DNA of 29,174 bases from Bryobacterales bacterium (GCA_047516085.1 JAKZVK010000965.1:1-29174), one strand, 5' to 3'. Counted from the first letter of the stretch, positions 17,222 to 26,281 are shown. Notes: generated from the sequence alone by a model not told the origin. Translations and numbers: made by a program.

Positions 17222-18472
17222 ATGGCAGAAACCAACACGACTACCGCAGTCGCCACACGGCAGCGTTCGCAGCAGATGCTGGAGCGTGCCAAGCGCTCGC
17301 TCGCCAGCGGCGTCAGTAGCGCATTCCGGGCGAAGTCCGTGCCCCACCCTTTGTACTTCGACCACGGCGAGGGGCCGCGGCTGACCGACGTCGACGGCAA
17401 CAGCTACATCGACTACACGCTGGCCTGGGGTCCGCTGATCCTCGGGCACTCACACCCGGCCATCGCCGCGGCCGTCGAGGACACGCTGCGGCGCGGCTGG
17501 GACTACGGCGCGCAGCACGAGGGCGAGATCACCGTCGCCGAGCGGCTGGTCGAGCTCGTCCCGTGCGCCGACCGCGTGATCTTCAGCAACACCGGCACCG
17601 AGGCCGACCAGATCGCGTTTCGCCTGTCGCGCGCCTTCACCGGACGCAAGCGCATCCTCCGCTTCCAGAACCACTACCACGGCTGGATGGAGGCGCCGCC
17701 GGACACGATCTTCCTACCCTGGAACGACCTCGGCGCGGTTGAGCAGGCCGTCGCCGAGTCGGGCGACGAGATCGCGTGCGTGATTCTCGAACCGATCCTC
17801 TGCAACGGCGGCTGCATCCTGCCCGTGGACGGCTACCTGGCCGGGCTGCGCGAGATCACCGAACGCGCGGGCATCGTGCTGATCTTTGACGAGGTGATCA
17901 CCGGCTTCCGCGTGCACTTGAAAGGCGCGCAAGGTTTGTATGGAGTGACGCCCGACCTGGCGACGTTCGGCAAGGCGGTCGCAGGCGGCTTCCCGCTCAG
18001 CGTCATCGCCGGACGTTACGAGATCATGAAGCTGATCGAAGACGCCACGGTGTTGCACGGCGGCAGCTTCAACGGCAACCCGACCGTTCTCGCTGCCTCG
18101 GAAGCCACCCTGGCCGAGTTGTCGCGCGACGACGGTGCCGCCCTCAGCGCGGCGAACCGTCAGGGAGAACACCTGATGGAGGGCATCCGGCAGGCCGCCG
18201 CCGACGCCGGGGTGGACGTGACGGTCCGTGGGGTGGGCACGGTGTTCAAGCTGGTCTTCCCCGATGAAGGCGCGGTGACCGATTCTCGCGGGCTGACCGC
18301 CCCGCCCTCGGGTCGCTTGGGCGCCTGGCTCGAAGCCATGCTCGACAACGGGGTTTATCTCTTACCCGACGGGCGTTGGTACGTATCAACCGTTCACGGC
18401 GACGCGGAGGTTGACGAGACCCTACGAGCCGCTAGAGCGGCCCTCACGACGGTTGCCGAGCGTTTTCCCTGA
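17222..18472 (+). CDS. Class III PLP aminotransferase (glutamate-1-semialdehyde aminomutase-like)
   Basis: DVDGNSYID, NTGTEA, YHG, LIFDEVITGFR, ATFGKAVAGG, GSFNGNP. Not called hemL because the loop after YHG is missing. Confidence 0.9.
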   Translation: MAETNTTTAVATRQRSQQMLERAKRSLASGVSSAFRAKSVPHPLYFDHGEGPRLTDVDGNSYIDYTLAWGPLILGHSHPAIAAAVEDTLRRGWDYGAQHEGEITVAERLVELVPCADRVIFSNTGTEADQIAFRLSRAFTGRKRILRFQNHYHGWMEAPPDTIFLPWNDLGAVEQAVAESGDEIACVILEPILCNGGCILPVDGYLAGLREITERAGIVLIFDEVITGFRVHLKGAQGLYGVTPDLATFGKAVAGGFPLSVIAGRYEIMKLIEDATVLHGGSFNGNPTVLAASEATLAELSRDDGAALSAANRQGEHLMEGIRQAAADAGVDVTVRGVGTVFKLVFPDEGAVTDSRGLTAPPSGRLGAWLEAMLDNGVYLLPDGRWYVSTVHGDAEVDETLRAARAALTTVAERFP

Positions 18473-18518
18473 GGCGTGCTCGCCGCAAGCCGATTCTGCG
18501 GCTGAGCGGCCGACTCAG

Positions 18519-18546
18519 CTAGCCGATAATATACTTTATCGTCTAG
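18519..18546. other. 11-6-11 palindrome between convergent genes (dif-like geometry)
   Basis: CTAGCCGATAA-TATACT-TTATCGTCTAG; the arms are inverted at 10/11 positions. Confidence 0.45.
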
Positions 18547-18651
18547 TAAATCAAGAGGGAACACGGCCCTCGGAACCAACTAGATCTCAGAAGGAGTCAG
18601 CGGTCGCTCTACGATGTGGATCGAGCCCATGGACGCCGCTTTCTCAGCGGT

Positions 18652-20446
18652 TCAGTCTAGGTTTACCCGCTCGAAATGCACTTTGAGATCATCCTTGCTT
18701 CGGGAGAAACCTGTAACGGCACCCGTGGAGTCCCGCTCGAAAGTCAAACACCCCAACCGGCCCTGGAACACGTCAGGCAAGATCGGCTGTAACCGGCTGG
18801 GCTGCGATTGCCAGCGCCTAGTCACCAGCAGGCCGCCGTCTTCGACTGTGATGCGAAAGACGGCGTCTAGCTCGTCGCTGTAGTAAGCTCCGACATAGGC
18901 CCCGATCTCTTCCTGGGCAGGGGTGTAGGGCCTAAGTGGTTCGTAGCGGTCGTCCACTCCACCGTGCGTGAGGATGAGATCAAACAAGGGTCCGCCGTTA
19001 CGTGGTTCGAAGAAGACGCTGAGCGGGAGCGGCGGGAAGCCCGGCCGGACAAATCGACCGCTTCCGTGCGGGCGGAGTTCGATCTCATCATCCTCGGAAG
19101 AAGATGCTAGCTTCAACTTGCCGCGGCTCAGGACGATTGCGACGGCCATGCGACGCTCGCTCGACCAGTAGTTCCCCTCGTAGCGGGCGAGTTCGTCTTC
19201 GCCTTGCCCCCGAGGGGCAGGATCAACGTGCGTCTCAATGTGATCCGCCAAGTACCAGTCCGCTAGCTGCAAAGTAAGCGGTCTTGGATCGATTTTCCGA
19301 GAGTTACACAGACAAACCACACCGAAGCTTTGATCTGGAAAAAGCGCAGCCATGGAGCGATGTCTCCACCTGCCTGCGTGCCAAACCCTGCGAAGCCCCC
19401 GGTATTCGTCTACGTAGAGCCCAAAGGCGTAGGGCGTGCCCTCTCCCTGGGCAATCGGCGGCGCCATCTCGAGCATCTGTTCAATAAAAGCCACCCCTCC
19501 CAGGCGCGGCTCTTCAAAGTTGTTCAACCACAGGGCTAGAGCGGTTTCACAGATGACGTAAACCGCATCCGAAGATGCTTTCGCTATAAGCTAGCGCGTC
19601 GATGCTAGGCAGCCCCAAGAGTTGTCTATTCTATTCCTGAAAATGCTCTAGGTCCTCTACGGTCGTCCACAAGTTTGAATGGCCACCGTAATCTTGATTG
19701 TCAAGGATTCGTCGAAATCGTCCGGACGCTTCGTCCGTCCGGTAACCGCCGGCCCGATTGCGAATGATCTCGGCGTGGTCGTTGGAGAAATGCGTGTTCT
19801 TCATCCCAAGCGGTTCGAAGATGCGCTTCACCGTGAAGTCGCGCAGCGACTGCCCGCTCACTTTCTCGACGATCCAGCCGAGTGTGATGTAGTTGATGTT
19901 GGAGTAAACGAATCGTTCGCCAGGTGCGAAGCTGAGAGCCTTCTGGCGGACAAGCAGAGACATCACGTCGGCTGCGGTCAACAGATCCGGTTCCCTCCTA
20001 CCGGCAAGATCGAATAGATCGACGACTTCTGGCATTCCGCTCTGGTGGTGAATGAGATGTCGGATCGTGACCGGGTTCGCGTAATCGGGGAGCTGAGGCA
20101 GGTGTTTGCGAATTGGGTCGTCAAGCGATAGCTTTCCGTCTTGGGCCAACAGCACGATGGCGGCAGCCGTGAACTGTTTTGAGATCGAAGCTATATCAAA
20201 GACGGACTGAGGGCCGATGGCGACACCCTGCTCTAGGTCAGCGGCTCCATAGCCGCGTGTGTAGAGGGTCTCGCCATCTTGGATGATGGCGACGGCGCAG
20301 CCGGGGGAGTCGATCCTGTCCCATTTCGCGAACAGTCCGTCGACTTTCGCGCTGAGGTTGTTGTCGGATTGGCCAAGCAGGCTGCTAGCCAAGATACACG
20401 CCGAGATCGCTAGGGCAACGCATCGGCTAGATGGCGAACTGACCAC
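18652..20446 (-). pseudogene. Serine hydrolase (beta-lactamase/class C-like), interrupted by a 112-bp insertion
   Basis: SxxK (ASISK) and YSN in the 5' part, YAFGL and HAG in the 3' part. Deleting 19540-19651 restores one 560-aa ORF (...TTVED/LALWLNNF...). Confidence 0.92.
19536..19651. mobile_element. MITE-like insertion, CTAG-flanked, net 112 bp
   Basis: CTAG at 19536-39 and 19648-51; imperfect TIRs CTAGAGCggTTTCA / CTAGAGCatTTTCA; no coding capacity; removal restores the host frame exactly. Confidence 0.88.
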
Positions 20447-20522
20447 GACGACCGCATTCTACCGCTCTGCTGTTAGCTGTTGCGAAGGGTGTTTTATCAC
20501 CAGTAACGCAACGCACACCAGC

Positions 20523-20804
20523 TCAGACCAACTCCAACCGCACCTGACGCCCGCTCGCCGCGACCGCCTTCTGCAACGTCGCCAGAGAGACTGATCCGTT
20601 CTCGGGCTCCAGCAAGCGGTCCAGAGCGCTACGGCTGGTCTGCATCCGCCGCGCCATCTCGGTCTTGGAGAGGCCGTCTTGTTCCATGGCAGCATCCACC
20701 TGACGTGCCAGCACACGCTTGATCGCCCCGGCAGTCACTTCCTCCTGGATGCTCTCTTCGCGCAGCCAGTTGTCAAACGACGTTCCGATGTTCTTCTCAT
20801 TCAT
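20523..20804 (-). CDS. XRE-family HTH protein (antitoxin-like, orphan)
   Basis: MNEKNIGTSFDNWL...SKTEMARRMQTSRSALDRLL...SLATL; AGGAG SD just after the higA stop. Confidence 0.85.
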   Translation of the reverse strand: MNEKNIGTSFDNWLREESIQEEVTAGAIKRVLARQVDAAMEQDGLSKTEMARRMQTSRSALDRLLEPENGSVSLATLQKAVAASGRQVRLELV

Positions 20805-20817
20805 CGGTCCGGCTCCT

Positions 20818-21114
20818 TCACGCCGCCGGCCGCGTCTCGTAGCGCTCGACCTTGATCTCATCTTCGCGCGCTTGAGCCTGGGCGACATCGTAGGCGGCCT
20901 GCAGGCGTATCCAGGTTTCCGTCGTAGAACCGAAGGCCTTGGCGAGCCGGATCGCCATGTCACCCGACATGCCCGCGCGGCCATTGACCAGGTTCGAGAG
21001 CGCCTGACGGCTGACGCCGAGGACCTTCGCGCCTTCGGTCACGCTCAGGCCGAGCGGCTCCAGACAGGAAACACGCACGACTTTGCCGGGGTGCGGCGGG
21101 TTCTTCATCGGCAT
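20818..21114 (-). CDS. higA: HigA-family antitoxin (copy 1)
   Basis: [33 protein letters not shown]; AAAGGAG SD. Confidence 0.93.
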   Translation of the reverse strand: MPMKNPPHPGKVVRVSCLEPLGLSVTEGAKVLGVSRQALSNLVNGRAGMSGDMAIRLAKAFGSTTETWIRLQAAYDVAQAQAREDEIKVERYETRPAA

Positions 21115-21131
21115 GGCGGTTTCTCCTTTCG

Positions 21132-21409
21132 TTAGTGGTAGTCGATCAACTGTACGTCGTAGACGTCCTCGCCTTCGAAGCGGAAGATGATGCGCCAGTT
21201 CGTCTTCACCGTCACCGACCAGTAGCCTTTCCGATCGCCCTTGAGTGCATGCAGCCGGTAGTTGGGAATGCGCAGCGCCTCGGGCGAGCTGGCGACATCG
21301 AGCTGAGCGAGCATTGCTTCCACCCGGTCTTGCAGATCGGGCCGGATCACGCTGCGGTCACCGCGCTCAAAAAACGCTTCAGGCCGCGATGGCGGAAGCT
21401 CCTGATCAC
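21132..21409 (-). pseudogene. higB: HigB-family toxin, frameshifted
   Basis: GTG 21409 gives the canonical MIRSFRHRGLKR N-terminus, but the body ([26 protein letters not shown]...LIDYH) is in another frame. One extra T in the T6 run (A6 at 21369-21374) restores a 92-aa ORF. Confidence 0.88.
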
Positions 21410-21415
21410 ACCCTA

Positions 21416-21444
21416 ACCGTAAAGTGTCTATCGACACTTGTCAA
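21416..21444 (-). promoter_or_regulatory. higBA promoter with operator palindrome
   Basis: TTGACA-17 nt-TACGGT; perfect IR AAGTGTC-4-GACACTT (21422-21439) between the boxes; GTG 6 nt after the -10. Confidence 0.8.
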
Positions 21445-21474
21445 AAGGAACGCATTCCTCATGACTGCCGGTCT

Positions 21475-21745
21475 TCACGCCGCCGGCCGCGGCTGGTAGC
21501 GTTCAACTTGGATCTGATGCTCACGGGCTTGGGCTTGCGCAAGATCGAAGGCCGCCTGCATGCTGAGCCAGCTTTGCGGCGTGAGCCGAACGCCTTCGAT
21601 AGCCGAATAGCCATTTCGCGGAGAGACGCCCGGCTTGCCGTTGATCAGGCGCGATAGGGCAGCCCGCTGACGCCAAGCACCTTGGCCGCTTCCGTTACCG
21701 ACAGGCCGAGCGGTTCCAGACAATCAACACGCACCGATAGACCGG
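21475..21745 (-). pseudogene. higA: HigA copy 2, 5'-truncated with several single-nucleotide indels
   Basis: Close nucleotide match to copy 3 (22875-23140) with three 1-nt indels seen by eye; lacks MPMKNPPHP. Confidence 0.88.
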
Positions 21746-21797
21746 TCACGCGAACCGATTCTCGTGATAAAGTAATTGATGACAAACGACTTGCGAA

Positions 21798-22031
21798 ATG
21801 AAAGCGATCTCACAAGAATGCGCGGAACGGGCCAGACAGATGGATGACGCTCTGGCCAGCGTGCGCATGGAAGGCCTTGAACCCTCCGACGAAGCCAAGG
21901 CGATCTTTGAGCGCCACGTCGACGGCGAGTTGACGGAGGCTGAGATGGGCGCAGCGATAGACGCTCTCCACGACCGGAAATATGGACCCGTACGTCTACC
22001 CAGGGACGAGCGTTCTCAGAAACCTGCGTGA
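21798..22031 (+). CDS. vbhA: VbhA/FicA-family antitoxin
   Basis: Inhibitory motif (S/T)xxxE(G/N) = SVRMEG; overlaps the downstream fic fragment. Confidence 0.85.
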   Translation: MKAISQECAERARQMDDALASVRMEGLEPSDEAKAIFERHVDGELTEAEMGAAIDALHDRKYGPVRLPRDERSQKPA

Positions 22032-22224
22032 CCTCCGCGGTCCCAAGGACCTCGCGGATTTCGAGGCCGACGCGACCGGGCGGCGGCTCAAGGAGCTGAG
22101 TAGCAAGCCGATCGGCGGTTCGTTCGACGCTAAACACCTGAAAGCCGTTCACGGTCACATCTTCCAGGACGTTTACGCCTGGGCGGGCCAGTTCCGAAAG
22201 CCTCTTGCGAATAGATACCAATAA
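21982..22224 (+). pseudogene. Fic-family toxin, N-terminal fragment only
   Basis: MDPYVYPGTSVLRN...HGHIFQDVYAWAGQFR, then an abrupt end at the parD upstream region; no HPFxxGNGR motif. Confidence 0.88.
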
Positions 22225-22241
22225 ATGGTATATGTTGGTAT
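22215..22241 (+). promoter_or_regulatory. Putative ParD operator (inverted and direct TGGTAT repeats)
   Basis: ATACCA-5-TGGTAT (22215-22231) plus a second TTGGTAT at 22235-22241 in an AT-rich patch upstream of parD. Confidence 0.55.
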
Positions 22242-22259
22242 ACACAGGGGTGTCCACCC

Positions 22260-22520
22260 ATGGCCAAGAACACCAGCATTTCGTTGGGCGACCACTTTGA
22301 AGGGTTCATCAGCGAGCAGATCAAACGCGGGCGCTACGGCTCGGCCAGTGAGGTTGTCCGCGCCAGCCTGCGCTTGCTCGAAGAGCACGAGCAGACGGTT
22401 CAGGCCGTGCGCCAAGCCTTGATCGAGGGCGAGGAAAGCGGCGACGCGGGCGAATTGAATATGGAAGCAATCAAGGCAAAAGCGAGACAGAAAGCAGGGT
22501 TGGCGCCCGCGAATGCTTAA
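22260..22520 (+). CDS. parD: ParD-family (RHH) antitoxin
   Basis: [10 protein letters not shown]...[19 protein letters not shown]...LIEGEESG. Confidence 0.93.
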   Translation: MAKNTSISLGDHFEGFISEQIKRGRYGSASEVVRASLRLLEEHEQTVQAVRQALIEGEESGDAGELNMEAIKAKARQKAGLAPANA

Positions 22521-22803
22521 AATCCTCAAGCATGCGCGCGCAGAAAACGACCTGATCGAAATCTGGATCTACAGCCACGAGCGGTGGGGAGAGGTCCAGG
22601 CTGAGCGGTATTTCGATGAACTCGAGAAGGGCATCAAACAGCTTGGCCGAAACCCCGAACTAGGCCAGCGGTGCGATCAGATCCGGGAAGGATACCGCTC
22701 GCTCCGGATCAACCGCCACATCGTCTACTACATCGTGACGCCGCCTGCTATTCACATCATCCGCGTGCTGCACGAACGGATGGACCCCGACCGGAATTCT
22801 TAA
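22513..22803 (+). CDS. parE: ParE-family toxin, intact
   Basis: [11 protein letters not shown]...WG..QA..Y, GYRS....H...[10 protein letters not shown]; 8-nt overlap with parD. Confidence 0.92.
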   Translation: MLKILKHARAENDLIEIWIYSHERWGEVQAERYFDELEKGIKQLGRNPELGQRCDQIREGYRSLRINRHIVYYIVTPPAIHIIRVLHERMDPDRNS

Positions 22804-22861
22804 GCACGCTCTCTTCGTGCAGCCAGTTGTCACACGACGTTCTGATGTTCTTCTCGTTCAT
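22804..22861 (-). pseudogene. Truncated second copy of the XRE gene (first about 18 codons)
   Basis: MNEKNIRTSCDNWLHEES; similarity to copy 1 stops at about 22808, a few nt after the parE stop. Confidence 0.8.
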
Positions 22862-22874
22862 CGGTCCGGCTCCT

Positions 22875-23171
22875 TCACGCCGCTGGCCGCGGCTGGTAGC
22901 GTTCAACCTGGATCTCATCCTCGCGGGCTTGGGCTTGCGCAAGATCGAAGGCCGCCTGCATCCTGATCCAGCTTTGCGGCGTTGAGCCGAACGCCTTCGA
23001 TAGCCGAATAGCCATTTCCGGAGAGACGCCTGCCTTGCCGTTGATCAGGCGCGATAGTGCAGCCCGGCTGACGCCAAGCACCCTGGCCGCTTCCGTCACC
23101 GACAGGCCGAGCGGTTCCAGACAATCAACACGCACCGATCGACCGGGGTGAGGTGGATTCTTCATCGGCAT
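22875..23171 (-). CDS. higA: HigA-family antitoxin (copy 3, orphan)
   Basis: 98 aa, 22 differences from copy 1 by manual alignment; no higB upstream. Confidence 0.92.
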   Translation of the reverse strand: MPMKNPPHPGRSVRVDCLEPLGLSVTEAARVLGVSRAALSRLINGKAGVSPEMAIRLSKAFGSTPQSWIRMQAAFDLAQAQAREDEIQVERYQPRPAA

Positions 23172-23298
23172 GGCAGTTGCTTGTTTCACCACGGGTAGTC
23201 GACCCGTTCGACCTCATACCCATCGCCCTTCCTGTCTGTTGTTAACGTTTCCTAGGGTTCCGCCGAAGACGGCGTCACCCCAGGCTAACATCCAACGC

Positions 23299-23638
23299 CG
23301 CTTCGCGGCTCTTGAGTGGTCGCAAGTCGCGACCGGTGCCGCCTTGACACCGACTCGGCCGATCGGCACAGTGGGACATGGTCAAGGCGAAGTCCCCGGC
23401 GTAGCGCTGCTCTCTGGCATCCTGCGCGGCAACAGGGCTGTTGAGGTCAACATTGGGATCATACGTGCCTTGGTGCGGCTGGGCGAGATGCTGGCCGGCA
23501 ACAAACAACTGGCCCGCAAGGTGAGCCAGCACGACGGTCAGATCGCCGTGCTGTTCCGAGCACGTCCAGAAACTGCTCGAACCGCCCGAGCCGAAGAAAA
23601 AGCGTCCCATCGGCTTTATCCGTCCGAAGGACGACTGA
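23299..23638 (+). pseudogene. ORF6N-domain protein remnant
   Basis: GVALLSGILRGNRAVEVNIGIIRALVRLGEML...; a frameshift near 23556 moves the typical tail LLEPPEPKKKRPIGF* into another frame; N-terminus missing. Confidence 0.75.
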
Positions 23639-23678
23639 GAACAACAGGACCCCATTCTTTGCCCCTTTTGGCCCAGAC

Positions 23679-24770
23679 ATGCTGAACTTCTACAGAAAGT
23701 ATCTTCTTCCTGGCTTTGTCTTTCAGTCGATTGTGATCGGCGGCGGTTATGGGACCGGCCGAGAGTTGGTCGAGTTCTTTCTCAGCGAGGGCCCCGCGGG
23801 CGGCTACCTGGGCATGCTCGTCGCCACGGTGGTATGGGCCGTCATCCTGGCGCTGGGCTTCGAGTTGGCCCGGCTAGGTCGGCACTACGACTACCGGACG
23901 TTTCTGAACTCCCTGCTGGGCCGCGGCTGGATGGTGTTCGAGGTGCTCTACGTGCTGTCGGTGATTCTGACGACGGCGGTGGTCGGGTCGGCGTCGGGAG
24001 AGCTGCTCAACGAAACCGTCGGCTGGCCTCGTATCGTCGGTACTCTCATCTTGATATCGCTTGTTGCTCTTTTCACCAGTTCGGGCAGCAGTCTTATCGA
24101 GAAGTTCTTTTCGGTCTGGTCGTTGGGGCTCTACGTTGTCTACTTTATCGTGATCGTGCTCGTTCTCAGGGAGTCGAGCGATGCGGTCTTCAGCAACATG
24201 ACGGTGTGGAAAGAAGGTTCGGGGTGGCTCCTGGGGGGGTTGAAGTACGGCGCCTACAACCTGGCCGCGCTGCCGGCCATGCTGTTCGCGCTGCGGCATC
24301 TCGAACATCGGCGTGAAGCGTTCGGCGCGGGAGCGTTGGCGGGATTGATTGCGATGTTCCCAGGTGTGCTGATCTACACGGCGTTTCTGGCCAACTATCC
24401 GGCCATTACGGAAGAGGCGATTCCGGCCAACTTCGTTCTCACCGGCCTGGGGATGCCGTGGTTCCAGACGTTCTTCCAAATCATTCTGTTCGGCACGTTC
24501 ATCGAGACGGGTACCGGCATGATCCATGGCTTCAACGAACGGATCGCCGGCGTCATGAAAGAGCGTGGCCGGACGATGTCAACCTGGCACCGATTGGGCG
24601 TTACGGCGGGTTTGCTGGTGGTGGCGATCTGGATGGCGGACCGCTTTGGGCTGGTCAAGCTGATTAGCGATGGGTACGGCTTGATTACCTATGGCTTTTG
24701 GGCCTTGTTCCTGTTGCCGATCTTGGTGATCGGGTCGTGGAGGATTTTTGGCAGAAGCCGGCCGCAATAG
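23679..24770 (+). CDS. YkvI-family multi-pass membrane protein
   Basis: SIVIGGGYGTGRELVEFF signature, about 10 hydrophobic segments, LFGTFIETG. Confidence 0.85.
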   Translation: MLNFYRKYLLPGFVFQSIVIGGGYGTGRELVEFFLSEGPAGGYLGMLVATVVWAVILALGFELARLGRHYDYRTFLNSLLGRGWMVFEVLYVLSVILTTAVVGSASGELLNETVGWPRIVGTLILISLVALFTSSGSSLIEKFFSVWSLGLYVVYFIVIVLVLRESSDAVFSNMTVWKEGSGWLLGGLKYGAYNLAALPAMLFALRHLEHRREAFGAGALAGLIAMFPGVLIYTAFLANYPAITEEAIPANFVLTGLGMPWFQTFFQIILFGTFIETGTGMIHGFNERIAGVMKERGRTMSTWHRLGVTAGLLVVAIWMADRFGLVKLISDGYGLITYGFWALFLLPILVIGSWRIFGRSRPQ

Positions 24771-24844
24771 GCGGTTTCCGCTGGGCAAATGACAACGACA
24801 TGGTTCATCCTTCAGAGGGTTAACGCCATTCTTGTGGCGGCCGA

Positions 24845-26083
24845 TCATCCGGTGGATGCTTCCACCTGCTTCATTACCCGTAGCGTGTTCCCACCCAGAA
24901 TCTTCTGAATATCGTCGTCACTGAATCCGCGCTCCTGCAAGCCGGCGATGAGATTGGGGATCTTTGAGATGTCCTCCATCCCCTCGGGCAACTGATCGCT
25001 CACGCCGTCGAAGTCCGATCCCATCCCAACGTGATCGAGGCCCGCCACTTTGGCGGCGTGTTCGAAGTGGTCCAGCAGCTTGGAGAACGGAACCCGGCCC
25101 ACGCGCTGGAGGCGTTCCTGGTCGATTTTACGTAGCTCAACGGACTGCTGCTTCTGGTCACCAGCATGCTGCTCGCGGACGGCGGCGGCTTTTGCGTCCA
25201 GATCCTTCAGAGCGCTCGTGAACGGGTTGCGCTCGTGGTCGAGGAAGCCGTTGAAGTAATTGATGTGAACGACGCCGCCGTTGTTGGCCAGCGCGCGCAG
25301 CATGTCGTCGGTCATGTTGCGGCCGTGATCGGCGATGGCGCGGCAGCAGGAGTGGGATGCGATGATCGGCGCGGACGATGTATCGAGGGCATCGTAGAAC
25401 GTGTCGTCTGAGACGTGTGAGATGTCGACCATCATGCCCAGCCGGTTCATCTCGTGCACGACCTCGCGACCGAACTCCGTGAGGCCCCGTGATTGCGGCT
25501 TCAGCGCGGCGCAATCGGCCCAAGGCGTGTGGCCGTTATGAGTGAGGGTGAGGTAGCGGACGCCCAGCTCGAAGAAGGTCCGCAGCACGCCAAGGCTGGA
25601 GTCGATCATGTGGCCGCCCTCGACCCCCATCAAGACGGCAATCTTGTTGTGTTGCTTGGCCGCGGCGATCTCGGCGCTGGTCGTTGCGAGCGCGAGATCC
25701 TCGGGGTGGCGGCGGACCTCGACCAGAACGTCGTCGATGATCTCGAGGGCCTTCTTGACCGAGGCGGTCGGGGAGCGCGCCGTGGCGCTGGTCCAGATCG
25801 AGAAGAAGATGCCCGTCACGCCGCCTTGCCGCATCCGCGGGATGTCGACTTGGCCATAGTCGTGACGCTCGCCGAGGTCGTACCCCTCGGCGCTGATGAG
25901 CATGGGCGTGTCGCAATGCAGATCGACGACGATCGAGCGTTCGAGCAGAGTTCTTTGTTCGATGTCGGCGGCCGGGGTGGCCGACCCAGCATCAGGCGAA
26001 CCAGGATCGGGCGACGAGCAGCCTACGCCGCCCAAAGCCACGCCAGCGGTGGCAAAGCCCCACTCTCTTCGCGTGAGCATCAC
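24845..26083 (-). CDS. Membrane dipeptidase (peptidase M19), Tat/lipoprotein-like signal
   Basis: DLHCDT, GVEGGH, DISH, ASHS, GSDFDG; N-terminus TRREW...LGGVGC. Start is GTG 26083 or ATG 26080. Confidence 0.93.
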   Translation of the reverse strand: MMLTRREWGFATAGVALGGVGCSSPDPGSPDAGSATPAADIEQRTLLERSIVVDLHCDTPMLISAEGYDLGERHDYGQVDIPRMRQGGVTGIFFSIWTSATARSPTASVKKALEIIDDVLVEVRRHPEDLALATTSAEIAAAKQHNKIAVLMGVEGGHMIDSSLGVLRTFFELGVRYLTLTHNGHTPWADCAALKPQSRGLTEFGREVVHEMNRLGMMVDISHVSDDTFYDALDTSSAPIIASHSCCRAIADHGRNMTDDMLRALANNGGVVHINYFNGFLDHERNPFTSALKDLDAKAAAVREQHAGDQKQQSVELRKIDQERLQRVGRVPFSKLLDHFEHAAKVAGLDHVGMGSDFDGVSDQLPEGMEDISKIPNLIAGLQERGFSDDDIQKILGGNTLRVMKQVEASTG

Positions 26084-26281
26084 CGCCTGATTATAGGCGA
26101 GGCCACTACTGTCCGGTTAAAAGTCGAATAGAAACAGTCTGGTTGGCGTCATCGAGTAAGTTTTGGTGTGAGTCGGACGCCTGCAAGGCCTGTAGAATGG
26201 GCGTTTTCTCAAATAGGGTAACGCTGAGAATCTGTAGGATTTGGTAGAGACTCGCTTCCAGGCCCAACCTCTTCCGCACGG

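Noticed and set aside
15802-17400. 532-aa minus-strand ORF
   Set aside because: Antisense shadow of the TonB receptor and aminotransferase; Arg/Gly-rich with no motifs.
21410-21437. Upstream GTG giving an intact 101-aa HigB
   Set aside because: The start lies inside the promoter/operator, and the N-terminus lacks the conserved MIxSFxH motif found in the other frame.
21760-21787. Second dif-like site TCTCGTGATAA-AGTAAT-TGATGACAAAC at the higA2/vbhA junction
   Set aside because: Arms are poorly matched, and the same bases form an extended -10 (TGaTAAAGT) for vbhA, a simpler explanation. Revisit if 18519-18546 proves to be a Xer site.
26100-26281. Possible RNA gene in the AT-richer gap
   Set aside because: No tRNA, tmRNA, RNase P, SRP or 6S hallmarks recognised; only a TAGAAT box (26193-98), probably the promoter of a lost gene.
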